DNA of 64,000 bases from Stellaceae bacterium (GCA_035517495.1 DATIYT010000120.1:9046-73045); one strand, 5' to 3'; shown: positions 48,597-58,660, numbered from the stretch's first letter. Numbers and translations are program-made. The notes: a model not told the origin generated them from the letters alone.

Positions 48597-50537
48597 TCAA
48601 CCGCTCGCAGCGCGCGCGGTCGCCGTCGCCGCCGCGAATTCCGGCACCAGGCGTCCCAGCAGCCCGAGTACGCGATCTTCGCGGCGCTCGCGCGCGGCGG
48701 CCTCGATCTCGTCCAGTAGTCGCGCAAGCTGGGCCTCGTCGACCGGGCGGGGAGCTGCAAGCCGGATACCGGAGATGCGCGTGGGCGCCAGGTGCTCGTC
48801 GGCGTGGAACAGCTCCTCGTGCAGCTTCTCGCCCGGGCGGAGTCCGATGAAGGCGATCGGCACGTCGGTCTCGGGTCTGCGGCCGGCGAGGCGGATCATC
48901 TGGCGCGCGAGATCGGCGATGCGGACGGGCTCGCCCATATCGAGCACAAAGAGCTTGCCGCGCGCGTCCTCGCCGCTTCCGAGGGCCGCCGATTGCAACA
49001 CGAGCTCCACCGCCTCCCGCACCGTCATGAAGAAGCGGGTGACGTCGGGGTGGGTGACGGTGAGCGGCCATCCCTGCGCGAGTTGATGCCGAAACAGCGG
49101 CACAACGGACCCGGTCGAGCCCAGCACGTTGCCGAACCGCACCGTCACGAAACGCGTGGCATTTGCCCCCTGTGTTCCTGGCAAACCTCGCGCTTGCGCC
49201 ACCATCTCCGCAACCCGCTTCGTTGCTCCCATGACATTCGTGGGATTAACCGCCTTATCGGTCGATATCAGCACCATGATCGCGACGCCCCGAGCGGCGC
49301 ACGACTCCGCGACGTTGCGCGTCCCGATGACGTTGGTCAGCACGCCCTCGATCGCGTTCGCTTCCACGATCGGCACGTGCTTGAGCGCCGCGGCGTGAAA
49401 CACCAGCTCGGGCCGCTCCGTCATCAGTACCTCATCGATGCGGACACGATCGCGCACGTCGCCGATGATCGCACGGCAGGACAGATCCGGATTGGCCTCG
49501 GTCACGTCGCGGTCGATCCCGTAAAGCTGGTATTCGCTGTTATCGAGCAGCACCAGCCGCTCGGGGGCGAGTGCCGCGATCTGGCGCGCGAGCTCGCCAC
49601 CAATGGTACCGCCCGCTCCTGTCACCAGCACGCGGCGTCCGGCTATCAGCGCCTGCATGCTCGGGCGGTCGAGGACCGCCTGCGAGCGGCCGAGCAGGTC
49701 TTCGATCGCGACCGGCTCGATTCGGATATGGCCTTTACCTTCGGTCTGCTGGAAATCGGTCAGTCGCGGCAGCCGCGCCAGCGGAATAGCCAGGCGATCG
49801 GCGATGTCGAGCAGGCGCCGCACTGTCGCGCCTTCGATCGACGGTGCCGCCAGAATTAGCCGCTGCGGCCGCCGTCCGCGCCGGTCGAGATCGGCGACGA
49901 CATCCTCGAGATTTTCGATCGTTCCCAGCACCGGGACACCCGCGATGTCGCGGCCGACCCGGCTGGCCTTGTCCGCGATCAATCCGACCACCCGGTAGGC
50001 TGCCAGAGGGTCGCGCGCCATCTCGCGGATGAAGGCGTGCGCCCCGTCGCGCACGCCGATGACCAGCACCGGAATGCCGCTCGCGGACCGCGCCTCCGCG
50101 AGGAAGCGGAGGCCGCGGTCTTTGATCGTGCGATAGGCGAAGCGCGGCCCGCCCAGCAGCGCGAGCATCACGAACCAGTCGATTACGAAGGTCGAACGCG
50201 GCATGCCTTCAAGGCGTGTTGCCAGGAAGAACAGCAGCCCGCCGATCCCGATTACCAGGGTGACCGCGCGCACCAGGGCCACTACGTCCGGCATGGAGAA
50301 ATAGCGCCAGTCGGCACGGTAGAGCCGGGTTGCCCAAAAAACGACGGCGCCGATGACCGCGAAACCGATCGTGTGTTCGATGATCGGCCGCCTCGGATAG
50401 GTCGCGATATCGCCACCGATGCGCAGGTACATCGACACGAGGAAGGCCAGCGCCGTCATGAACACGTCATGCGCGAGCGTCAGCAGCGCGCGCGAGCGCC
50501 GGGCAAAGCTGCGTCCGCTCGTGCTGGGAGACGTCAT
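48597..50537 (-). CDS. membrane-anchored NDP-sugar 4,6-dehydratase/epimerase (CapD/WbpM/PglF family)
   Basis: Four N-terminal TM segments, then LVTGAGGTIGGEL and a Polysacc_synt_2-like core. Confidence 0.8.
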   Translation of the reverse strand: MTSPSTSGRSFARRSRALLTLAHDVFMTALAFLVSMYLRIGGDIATYPRRPIIEHTIGFAVIGAVVFWATRLYRADWRYFSMPDVVALVRAVTLVIGIGGLLFFLATRLEGMPRSTFVIDWFVMLALLGGPRFAYRTIKDRGLRFLAEARSASGIPVLVIGVRDGAHAFIREMARDPLAAYRVVGLIADKASRVGRDIAGVPVLGTIENLEDVVADLDRRGRRPQRLILAAPSIEGATVRRLLDIADRLAIPLARLPRLTDFQQTEGKGHIRIEPVAIEDLLGRSQAVLDRPSMQALIAGRRVLVTGAGGTIGGELARQIAALAPERLVLLDNSEYQLYGIDRDVTEANPDLSCRAIIGDVRDRVRIDEVLMTERPELVFHAAALKHVPIVEANAIEGVLTNVIGTRNVAESCAARGVAIMVLISTDKAVNPTNVMGATKRVAEMVAQARGLPGTQGANATRFVTVRFGNVLGSTGSVVPLFRHQLAQGWPLTVTHPDVTRFFMTVREAVELVLQSAALGSGEDARGKLFVLDMGEPVRIADLARQMIRLAGRRPETDVPIAFIGLRPGEKLHEELFHADEHLAPTRISGIRLAAPRPVDEAQLARLLDEIEAAARERREDRVLGLLGRLVPEFAAATATARAASG

Positions 50538-50719
50538 TTGTCGATGTGCCCGAGACCCGTCGAAACTGTCGCAATGGACCTTACGCCGGGGCTCGGCGCA
50601 GCGGCAACCGGATTGGAAAGGGCGGGTCTTTCCGACGATTCCGGTGAAACCAAACATCCCCTAGAATTCCAGGCGGGTTCATCCGCTCGGGAGCTGCCAA
50701 TGCCGGTTCGGGTCGGAGC

Positions 50720-52171
50720 GTGAGCGTCGGTCGCCGCCTGGTCGGCGATACCCTGGTCTATGGTTTTGCGCTCGGCTTCGCGCGTACCGCGGCCTTCTTG
50801 CTGGTGCCGGTGTTTACGCGGCTGTTCACGCCCCCGGAATATGGCGTCTATGACGTGGTGACCGCGTTGAGCCGGGCGCTGCTGGTGCCGTCCGTGCTCG
50901 GCATGGACGTGGGCATGGCCCTGCTGTTCCGCGATCTCAATGGGGAGCGCCAGCGCGTGGCCGCGTCCTCGTCGCTGGCGGCGCAGCTCGCGTGGACGGC
51001 ACTCATAATCATTGGGCTGGTGGCATTCGCGCCGGAGATCGCAAGCAGCCTGCTTGGCGATCGCGGCGATGAAATCTTGATCGTACTCGGCGCCGGTATT
51101 CTCGCGACGCAGGTCTGGAACAACTTCGTGCTCAATCTTGCCAAGTGGCGGCGCGATCCACGGCGCTATCTGACGTTGACCCTGGGCGCGATGGTGCTCG
51201 CAAGCGCGCTGAGTGTTGCGCTGGCGGCGCTGACGGAGCTTCGCGTTCTGGGCGCGCTGCTCGGCTTGGTGCTCGGCGGAGCGATTTTCGCGCCGGTGGG
51301 TGCCTGGCTGGTCCGTCACTATCTCGCGCCACGCATTTCGAGCGTGGACATGCGGGAATGCCTGCGCTTCGGCTTGCCGTTCGCCGCCAACAGCTCGGCC
51401 GATCTCGCGCTGCCGTTCCTGCTCCGCCTCGCGGTGATTGCGGCGGTCGGGCTGGGCGGCGTCGGGATTTTCGGCGCGACGCTCACCCTTTGCAGCGCCG
51501 TGATGTTGATCAGTGACGCAGTTGGCATGGCCTGGTGGCCTTATGTCCTATCGCCGGAAGCGCGTTCGCGCGTGCACGAGGATACGTCTCGAATGATGCG
51601 GGTCTATGCCTTCGCGCTCGCGCTCGTCGTCGCGGCTATGCTTCTCGCCGCTGAGCCGTTGACCCTGGCGCTGTTCGGAGGGGGCGCTTTCTCCGACGCC
51701 GCGCCTCTGATCGGACCACTGGCATTCGCCTTTTGGCTGAAAAGCATCCGCCAGAACGCGAGCGTTGGTCTGGTCGTGGTGGGCGCGAGTTGGTTGCGCG
51801 CCGCAGTCAATCTGGCGGCGATGGTCGCGGCGACGCTCGCCGCATTCCCATTGGCGCAGCGCTGGGGTGGGTTCGGAGCCGCCGCCGGCTTCATTGCCGG
51901 CGAGGTGGTCGGACTGGGTCTGCAGAGCTGGGCGCTGCGGCGGTTTTATCGCGTGCCGGTCGATCTTAGGACACCGTCTGTCGCGGGCGCCGCAATTGTT
52001 GCGCTTATGCTGGCGCTCGCGCCGCCCGGTCTCGCGATTGGCGCGCGATTGGGGCTCGGCCTGCTATTTCCGGCGCTGCTGCTGATGCTTGGTGTCGTGC
52101 GCGTGCGGGAGATATGCCAAGTCGCCGGATTCGCGTTCGCGACCGTAAGGGGGGTTGAGCGTCCGCGGTGA
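50720..52171 (+). CDS. polysaccharide/O-antigen flippase-like MOP-family membrane protein
   Basis: About 12-14 TM segments with a GTG start. Sits within the polysaccharide cluster. Confidence 0.6.
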   Translation: MSVGRRLVGDTLVYGFALGFARTAAFLLVPVFTRLFTPPEYGVYDVVTALSRALLVPSVLGMDVGMALLFRDLNGERQRVAASSSLAAQLAWTALIIIGLVAFAPEIASSLLGDRGDEILIVLGAGILATQVWNNFVLNLAKWRRDPRRYLTLTLGAMVLASALSVALAALTELRVLGALLGLVLGGAIFAPVGAWLVRHYLAPRISSVDMRECLRFGLPFAANSSADLALPFLLRLAVIAAVGLGGVGIFGATLTLCSAVMLISDAVGMAWWPYVLSPEARSRVHEDTSRMMRVYAFALALVVAAMLLAAEPLTLALFGGGAFSDAAPLIGPLAFAFWLKSIRQNASVGLVVVGASWLRAAVNLAAMVAATLAAFPLAQRWGGFGAAAGFIAGEVVGLGLQSWALRRFYRVPVDLRTPSVAGAAIVALMLALAPPGLAIGARLGLGLLFPALLLMLGVVRVREICQVAGFAFATVRGVERPR

Positions 52172-53329
52172 TCAGCCTTGAAGCGCGTCCCGCACCGCCT
52201 CAACGATTCGGTCTTGCGTCGCCTCGTTGAGATAGGGATGCATGGGCAGGCTCAGCACCTCGGCCGCGAGCCGCTCGGATACCGGCAACCCATTGCCCGC
52301 GATCGGGTATCGCACATATGCGGATTGGCGGTGCAGCGGTGTCGGGTAGTGGATGGCGGTCGGAATGCCGAGGCTCTCAAGATGGGCAACCATCCGATCA
52401 CGCATTGGCGTCAATATCGCGTATTGCGCCCAGACCGAGGTCGCTCCGGGGATCAGGTTGGGGACCCCCACGACGTCTTTGAGCAGTTCGTTGTAGCGCC
52501 GGGCAATCCGCGTCCGGGCCTGTAGTTCATCCGGGAAGATCCGCAACTTTTCCAAGAGCACCGCGGCCTGGATAGTATCGAGCCGCGCGTTCATGCCGAT
52601 CCGGGCGTGATCGTATTTTCCCCGTCCTTTGCCGTGCATGCGCAACGAAACCAGACTCTCCGCCAAGTCCGGGTCCTGCGTGAACACGGCCCCGCCATCG
52701 CCGTAGCAACCCAGCGGCTTTGACGGGTAAAAGCTCGTGGCGGTCAGTGTCGCAAGCGACCCCACGTGCCGGCCGCGGAGGATCGCGCCAAAGGATTGCG
52801 CGGCGTCGTCCAATACCCAGAGACCGTTTTCGGCAACGACCGGCGCCAGCGCGTCGTAGTCAGCGGGCTGTCCGAACAGGTCCACGACGATCACCGCGCT
52901 GGGTTTGAGACCTAGGCGGCGCGCGGTCGCGACGCCGTGGCGCAGCGATTCCGGATCGATGTTGAAGGTGTCCGCCAGCGCGTCGACGAAAATTGGCGTC
53001 GCGCCGGCATGGCAGACCACCTCGGCGGTTGCCGCGAACGTAAAGCTCGGCAGGAGCACGGCATCGCCGGGACCGACCCCCTTGGCGCGCAGGCACAGCA
53101 TCAGGGCATCGGTTCCGCTGGAGCAGCTCACGACGTGGCGGGCGCCGCAGAAGCTGCCGAGCGCCCGCTCGATTTCCGCCACTTCCGGCCCCATGATAAA
53201 CCGACCGCTTTCCATAACGCGACGAATTGCCGCATCCATTCGATCGCCGATGCAACGGCGCTGCGCCACGAGATCGATGAACTCGATCTTTGCCGCCTCG
53301 GTTTCGACTGGTACCGGCACCGCTTTCAT
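52172..53329 (-). CDS. DegT/DnrJ/EryC1/StrS-family sugar aminotransferase
   Basis: FIMGPEV..., CSSGTDAL and the PLP-lysine region SFYPSKPLG. Start trimmed to MKAVPVP. Confidence 0.85.
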   Translation of the reverse strand: MKAVPVPVETEAAKIEFIDLVAQRRCIGDRMDAAIRRVMESGRFIMGPEVAEIERALGSFCGARHVVSCSSGTDALMLCLRAKGVGPGDAVLLPSFTFAATAEVVCHAGATPIFVDALADTFNIDPESLRHGVATARRLGLKPSAVIVVDLFGQPADYDALAPVVAENGLWVLDDAAQSFGAILRGRHVGSLATLTATSFYPSKPLGCYGDGGAVFTQDPDLAESLVSLRMHGKGRGKYDHARIGMNARLDTIQAAVLLEKLRIFPDELQARTRIARRYNELLKDVVGVPNLIPGATSVWAQYAILTPMRDRMVAHLESLGIPTAIHYPTPLHRQSAYVRYPIAGNGLPVSERLAAEVLSLPMHPYLNEATQDRIVEAVRDALQG

Positions 53330-53447
53330 TGCTACTCCCCGAACACCCTGGTGATATACGGCAACTGAGGTCGCTTTGCACGCAAGTCTTACACCGCCGC
53401 GCCCCTGCACCAGCATGAAGGGACCCACGCGAGGTCGGCGCGCACCA

Positions 53448-53876
53448 TTAGCACGAACTCCCCGTCATGCGGCGATAAAGCGCGACAGTCGCGGCACCGA
53501 TGCGGTCGCCAGACAGCTCGGGGTCGACCGGCGCGCGGCTGGCATTTCCAAATTGCTCGCGTAGCGCGTCGTCGCGCACCAGGCGCTCGATGGCGGCGGC
53601 CAGGGCATCGATGTCGCCCACGGGAACCAGCGGCGCGTTCACGTTCGCCTTGGCGATCTCCCGCCAACCCGGTATGTCGGTTGCAATCAGCGGTCGGCCG
53701 CAGGCTGCGGCCTCCAGCAAGCTCAGCGGCAAGCCCTCGCCATGGGCGGTGACGCGGGTCGCGGCCGCGACTTCGAAGCCGGCATCGCGCGCGGCGCGGG
53801 CCATCGGCAGGCGATGGGACCAAAAATACCAGTCCTCGGTCACGAGGAAGAGCAGCTTCGGCGGGTTCGCGGTCAC
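53448..53876 (-). pseudogene. glycosyltransferase family 4 remnant with an in-frame internal deletion (142 aa)
   Basis: The GT4 N-terminus KLLFLVTEDWYFWSHRLPMARAARDAGFEV..TRV is joined directly to the C-terminal EGLPLSLLEAAACGRPLIATDIPG... segment. GTGA overlap with the upstream gene. Confidence 0.65.
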
Positions 53877-55123
53877 GGCTCTGGTGTGGAAAGCGGTCCG
53901 GTTCTGGTCTGGGCAAGCATGAGCGCCGCCAGAATCCAAAGCTCCGACATCCACCACTCCTGCCAAAAGCCGTAGCTGATGAACGCCACCACCAGCGAGC
54001 AGCCGATCAGAGTAATAGTGCAGGCCTGATTGAAGCGCGGCAGTGCGCGGCTGGTGCCGATGCGCCAGAGCAGCCAAAGCACGATCAGACTGGCGAGCGT
54101 GGCGCCGGGCAAACCGAGCTCGAGCCGCCACTGCAGGGCCGCGTTGTGCGGATGGAGCGGCATCCACGGCGCGGCCCAATGCTCGAGATCGGGAATGCGA
54201 GGGTCGACGATGATGTCGCTCCCGTGCGGCAGCGCGCGCGAGGCGTCGAGACCCCACCCCAACAGCGGCCGTTCATTGATGCGATCGATTGCGAAGTGCC
54301 AAATCGCGAGGCGATGGATCGCGGAATCCTGCACCCACGGCATTCTCTGGTGGATGTGTGCGATCACGTCCATGCTGAGATCGAGCGAAGGCAGGATCGA
54401 AACCAGCGCGATCACCCCGGCGCCGATTGCGCCGGCGGCGAGTCTCGGCAGCAGGCGCGCCAAGGGCCACAAGAGCAGTCCCACAACCAGGCACAACATG
54501 GCCGCCCGACTGTTGAGCGAGAACAGGACGGGGATGGTGGCCGCCAACACCAGCAACGCAGCGACGCGGCGCTGCTGCTCCATCAGCGCGAGCATCAGCG
54601 GCCAGAGTAAGAGGGCCATGGTAGTCGCGGAGCGGTCGAAACGATTGAACGGGGCCGTCCAGCGCTTGATCTCCTCGACCGTTCCGCTCGGCATGCCGAG
54701 CCTTTGCACAAGTCCGGCCACGGCAAGCGCCGCAAGCGCCAGCGTGAAGCCCCAAAAGAGCGCGCGGCGGACCGCATCCCGTTCGCGCTCACCGATACCG
54801 TAGGCCACTGCGAGCAGCACCATTCCCCCGGCACTGATCAACAGGAAGCGCAGGCCGACCGACAGGCTGTGCCCCGGCACCACCGACCAAAGCGCCGAAC
54901 CCACCCCGACGACGCCGAGCAGGATCACCAACGTCGCAAGCAACCGGATCGGCTCTAGACGATTGAGGTCCCGGTATCCGCCGAGTGCCAGCGCGGCAAT
55001 TGCCACGACCCCGAGCAAAGGGGCCACCGCCAATGGCGCAACCGCCGCCAACACCGGCAATAGGAACGCGGTCGCGGCCAGGACGTGACCGGGATTCGGG
55101 CGGAACGCCCGGCCGCCGTTCAT
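53873..55123 (-). CDS. O-antigen ligase/polymerase family (Wzy_C) membrane protein
   Basis: About 10-12 TM segments with a large periplasmic loop. ATGA overlap with the upstream SDR gene fixes the start at 55123. Confidence 0.65.
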   Translation of the reverse strand: MNGGRAFRPNPGHVLAATAFLLPVLAAVAPLAVAPLLGVVAIAALALGGYRDLNRLEPIRLLATLVILLGVVGVGSALWSVVPGHSLSVGLRFLLISAGGMVLLAVAYGIGERERDAVRRALFWGFTLALAALAVAGLVQRLGMPSGTVEEIKRWTAPFNRFDRSATTMALLLWPLMLALMEQQRRVAALLVLAATIPVLFSLNSRAAMLCLVVGLLLWPLARLLPRLAAGAIGAGVIALVSILPSLDLSMDVIAHIHQRMPWVQDSAIHRLAIWHFAIDRINERPLLGWGLDASRALPHGSDIIVDPRIPDLEHWAAPWMPLHPHNAALQWRLELGLPGATLASLIVLWLLWRIGTSRALPRFNQACTITLIGCSLVVAFISYGFWQEWWMSELWILAALMLAQTRTGPLSTPEP

Positions 55124-56076
55124 ACGGTGGTCTTCTTTTGGGCGAGAAACCATCGGCAGGTCTCGGCCAATCCGGCGTCGACGCCATGGGGCGGAGACCA
55201 ATCGAGCGCGAGGCGAGTCGCTCGATCATCCACCTGCAGCGATTGCGTCAGTCGATCCACGATCTCGCTGCGCCCAAGCAGGCGGCCGGCTGTCCGCAGC
55301 AGGGGCACCGGGCAGGGCAGAAGGGCTGGAACGTGTCCGAGACGTGCGCCGATCCGCCGAACCAGTTCCGGGGTCGAAAGCTCATCGTCGTCGCGTGCGA
55401 GATAGGCCCCCTGCACGGGCTTAGGTCTCACCAGGATGTGCGAGAGGAGATCCACCAGATTTTCGCGATAGATCATGCTGCGCCGATTGCGGATGCCGGC
55501 CAAGGGTAGCACGGCCGCCCGCAGCACCAAGCGCAGCAGGAGTTGGAAACGATATCCAGCCTCGGGGCCGTAGACCAATGGCGGCCGGATCACCGCCAGC
55601 GCGGTATCACTGTTGGCGAGCAATGCGCGCATTTCCTGCTCCGTTCGAACTTTGGCACGCGCATAGGGTGTTGCGGGTGCCAGCGGCTGATCGGCGCGGA
55701 AGGGGATCTCGGCTGTGGCCTCACCATGCACCAGGACGGAACTTAGGAGAATCGCCTGCGGTACCCGTGCCCGGGCGATCTCCTCGGCGACGTGCCGTGC
55801 CGTGCCGGCCACTGCGGTTATCCATGCCTCGATATCGGTGCCGGCGCTCCGGGCATGAGGCGGCGAGGCCAAGTGAATGGCGGCATCCGCGCCGGCAAGC
55901 GTCCGGCTCCAGCCCGAGCTCGGCACGAGATCGCTGGACGTCACCACCTTGATACCTGGACCGAACGTCGCCGTGCGCCGGGTGACGGCGATGACGTCTC
56001 TGCCGTCGGCGGCCAATCGCCGCACCAGGGCTCGGCCGATGAAGCCGGCGGCGCCTAACACCACGATTGGCGGCAT
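55120..56076 (-). CDS. NAD-dependent epimerase/dehydratase (extended SDR)
   Basis: VVLGAAGFIGRAL Rossmann motif and catalytic YARAK. Confidence 0.8.
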   Translation of the reverse strand: MPPIVVLGAAGFIGRALVRRLAADGRDVIAVTRRTATFGPGIKVVTSSDLVPSSGWSRTLAGADAAIHLASPPHARSAGTDIEAWITAVAGTARHVAEEIARARVPQAILLSSVLVHGEATAEIPFRADQPLAPATPYARAKVRTEQEMRALLANSDTALAVIRPPLVYGPEAGYRFQLLLRLVLRAAVLPLAGIRNRRSMIYRENLVDLLSHILVRPKPVQGAYLARDDDELSTPELVRRIGARLGHVPALLPCPVPLLRTAGRLLGRSEIVDRLTQSLQVDDRATRLALDWSPPHGVDAGLAETCRWFLAQKKTTV

Positions 56077-56202
56077 GTTGCGAAGTTGTTCCGAAAGTGT
56101 CTTTGCGCTGGCAGTCTACGGTCATGAGGCAATGCTTGCCAGCGCGCGGTCAAAATCGTGCTCGGTGGCGCCGACATTTGGCCTGGGCTAATGTCCGCTC
56201 GC

Positions 56203-56961
56203 ATGTGCGGGATCGCTGGATTTTGGGACGCGCGTCAGCGCTATGACGCCGCAACGCTCGATGATCTGGCCCGGCGGATGGCCGATACGCTCTACCGTCG
56301 AGGCCCGGATGGACAGGGCGTCTGGGTCGATCCGGCAGCCGGGCTGGCTCTGGCGCATCGGCGCCTGGCCATCGTCGATCTCACGCCTGGCGGCGCGCAG
56401 CCCATGACGAGCGCCGGCGGGCGCTTCGTAGTCACCTACAACGGCGAAATCTACAATGCTCCGCTGCGCGCGGGGCTCACCGAGCTTGGGTGCCGATTTC
56501 AAACGCAATCCGACACCGAGGTAATGCTCGCGGCCTTTGAGAGCTGGGGCATCGAGCCGGCGCTGGCGCGCTTCATCGGCATGTTTGCCATCGCACTCTG
56601 GGATCGACGCGATCGGCGCTTGGTGTTGATCCGGGATCGCATGGGAGTGAAGCCGCTCTATTGGGGCAGCGTTGGCGGGGTGCTGTTCTTCGGCTCGCAG
56701 CCGAAGGCGTTTTGTCCGCATCCCGCTTGGTACGGGCGGACAAAGATGGGGTTCAACGTGCCTGTCGACAGTTGGCTGTGCGGCCCATTGCGGGAATGGG
56801 CAGAAGATCTCTTGAGCGAGCGCAGCATCGTGCGGGCGGGTTTGTCGGACCCGATGCCGATCCGCCAGCGGCTCGCCGAGCATCAAGCGCACACACACAA
56901 TTGGCATAACTCGCTCTGGAGCGCGCTCATGATTCAGTCCTGGCAGCAGCGGTGGGCCTGA
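56203..56961 (+). pseudogene. asparagine synthase (glutamine-hydrolysing) remnant: GATase-II domain fused in frame to the extreme C-terminus (252 aa)
   Basis: MCGIAGFWD...HRRLAIVDL...NGEIYN...SDTEV runs straight into KMGFNVPVDSWLCGPLREWAEDLL. No SGGxDS PP-loop domain is present. Confidence 0.65.
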
Positions 56962-57005
56962 GTCGGTTCGATCCCGGCGCCGCAATTCGGGGAACGTGAA
57001 ACGCC

Positions 57006-57578
57006 ATGGAGTGGAACGCACGAAAGCGAGCGTGGGGATTGGCGACAGGTGGCCTTGCTCTACTGGGCGTCGCCGCTTTGATCCTGCTTGCCGTTCCGCC
57101 ACCGCAACGCGCCGATCGCTACAGCGTCTACGATGGCGACACTCTGGAAATGGTGCCTGGAACCTGCCTGCTTGCGCACTTTCATTTCCCTTGCTTCGCG
57201 CAACGCCTCCGCTTGCTCGGCGTCGACGCGCTGGAACGCCATCAGAATTGTCGCGACGCCGAGGGCCGGCTCTGGCCTTGCGGCGACGTTGCGACGGAGC
57301 GGCTCAAGGAGCTCGTGGCGCATCCCGACTTTCACTGCGAGGTCAATGAGCAGTTCGTCGATCGGCACGCGCGCGAATTCGCGCTCTGTCTGTCCGACGG
57401 CAAGGATGTGGGGGCGATCCTAGTCTCGGAAGGGTTAGCCTTCGCCTATGGCCGGCGCACTCGATACGTCACCATCGAGTCCGAGGCGAAGCGAGAGCAC
57501 CGCGGCGCATGGGCAGGCACCTTTGTCCGCCCGCAATTCTATCGTGCCGGCGCGCGCGACTATTTCGGTCAGCCCTGA
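57006..57578 (+). CDS. thermonuclease (SNase-like) family protein with N-terminal TM/signal anchor
   Basis: VYDGDTLEM...RLLGVDALE...GKDVGAILVSEGLAFAY...EAKREHRGAW. Confidence 0.7.
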   Translation: MEWNARKRAWGLATGGLALLGVAALILLAVPPPQRADRYSVYDGDTLEMVPGTCLLAHFHFPCFAQRLRLLGVDALERHQNCRDAEGRLWPCGDVATERLKELVAHPDFHCEVNEQFVDRHAREFALCLSDGKDVGAILVSEGLAFAYGRRTRYVTIESEAKREHRGAWAGTFVRPQFYRAGARDYFGQP

Positions 57579-58576
57579 TGTTGCAAGCCGCCAGAACGCC
57601 CGCGCCGATCGAGCAACATCAATAGAGCGGCGGCGATCGCGACGCCGAGCCCCATCGCCAGTAGCGGCTGCCACATCGCGATCAGCGCCGCACCGATCAA
57701 GCCGAGATCGCCCAACAAAATCCACAAGACGACCGCGGCGTGGTCGTCGTCTCGGGTAAGCGCCCGCTGATAGAAGTGGCTGTGGTGCGCATGCCAAACC
57801 TTCTCGCCGCGCAGGATGCGCCGCGCCAGGGTAATCGTGGCGTCGGCGATGTAATAGAGGGGCAGCAGCAGCGCCGAGACCCCATAGCCGCGTCCGGCCT
57901 CGCTCAAAAGCAGCCATCCCACGATGAAACCCAGCGGCACGCTGCCGACGTCACCCAGGAAAACACGCGCGGGATGCCAATTCCACGGCAAGAACCCGAG
58001 CACGACGGCGGCTAGCACGACGGGGAATTCCATTTCACCGCCGGAACCGCCCGAGAGCGCTGCCATGATCGCAAGCCCAATGCCAATCGCCGCGGTTTCA
58101 ACCGCCGTGATGCCGTCGATTCCATCCATGAAGTTGAACAGGTTGATGAACCAAGTCCAGATCAGCACGGTGAGCGCGGTGTCCGCCGCAGGCGGCAGCA
58201 GCCCCTCAAAGATGTGCCCGCGTGCCGGCAGCAGGGCGACGCCGACGGCGACGATTAGAAAATGCACGGCGAGGCGGAGCGCCGCCGGAAGGTCTGTGAC
58301 GTCGTTGAACCAGGAGAGTGCCGCGAGCGCAAATGCCAATGTGCAGATCGCTGACGTCTCGGGCGGCGCGCGCCCGGCGCTGGCGAGAGCAAGCCAGCAC
58401 CCCAGCACGAGCGGGACCACGGCCGCGCCCGCGCCTTTAGGGACCGGGCGCTTGTGCGAGGAACGCTCGACCGGGTGATCGAGAATCGTGCTGCGGCGCA
58501 ACCACCACGTCATCGCTCCGCTCGCGGCCCAGCTAGCGGCGAAGACGAGGAGGGCGATCGAGGCGAGAGCGGTCAT
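57569..58576 (-). CDS. undecaprenyl-phosphate HexNAc-1-phosphate transferase (MraY/WecA/WbpL family)
   Basis: Polytopic protein with NLFNFMDGIDG and VFLGDVGS motifs. Confidence 0.8.
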   Translation of the reverse strand: MTALASIALLVFAASWAASGAMTWWLRRSTILDHPVERSSHKRPVPKGAGAAVVPLVLGCWLALASAGRAPPETSAICTLAFALAALSWFNDVTDLPAALRLAVHFLIVAVGVALLPARGHIFEGLLPPAADTALTVLIWTWFINLFNFMDGIDGITAVETAAIGIGLAIMAALSGGSGGEMEFPVVLAAVVLGFLPWNWHPARVFLGDVGSVPLGFIVGWLLLSEAGRGYGVSALLLPLYYIADATITLARRILRGEKVWHAHHSHFYQRALTRDDDHAAVVLWILLGDLGLIGAALIAMWQPLLAMGLGVAIAAALLMLLDRRGRSGGLQHQG

Positions 58577-58660
58577 TCCGGCATCGGCTCTGGTCGAATG
58601 CCGCGACTATAGCAGGCCGGCCTGACCCGCCGATCGTTCAGATCGGTTCCCGGTGGATTG

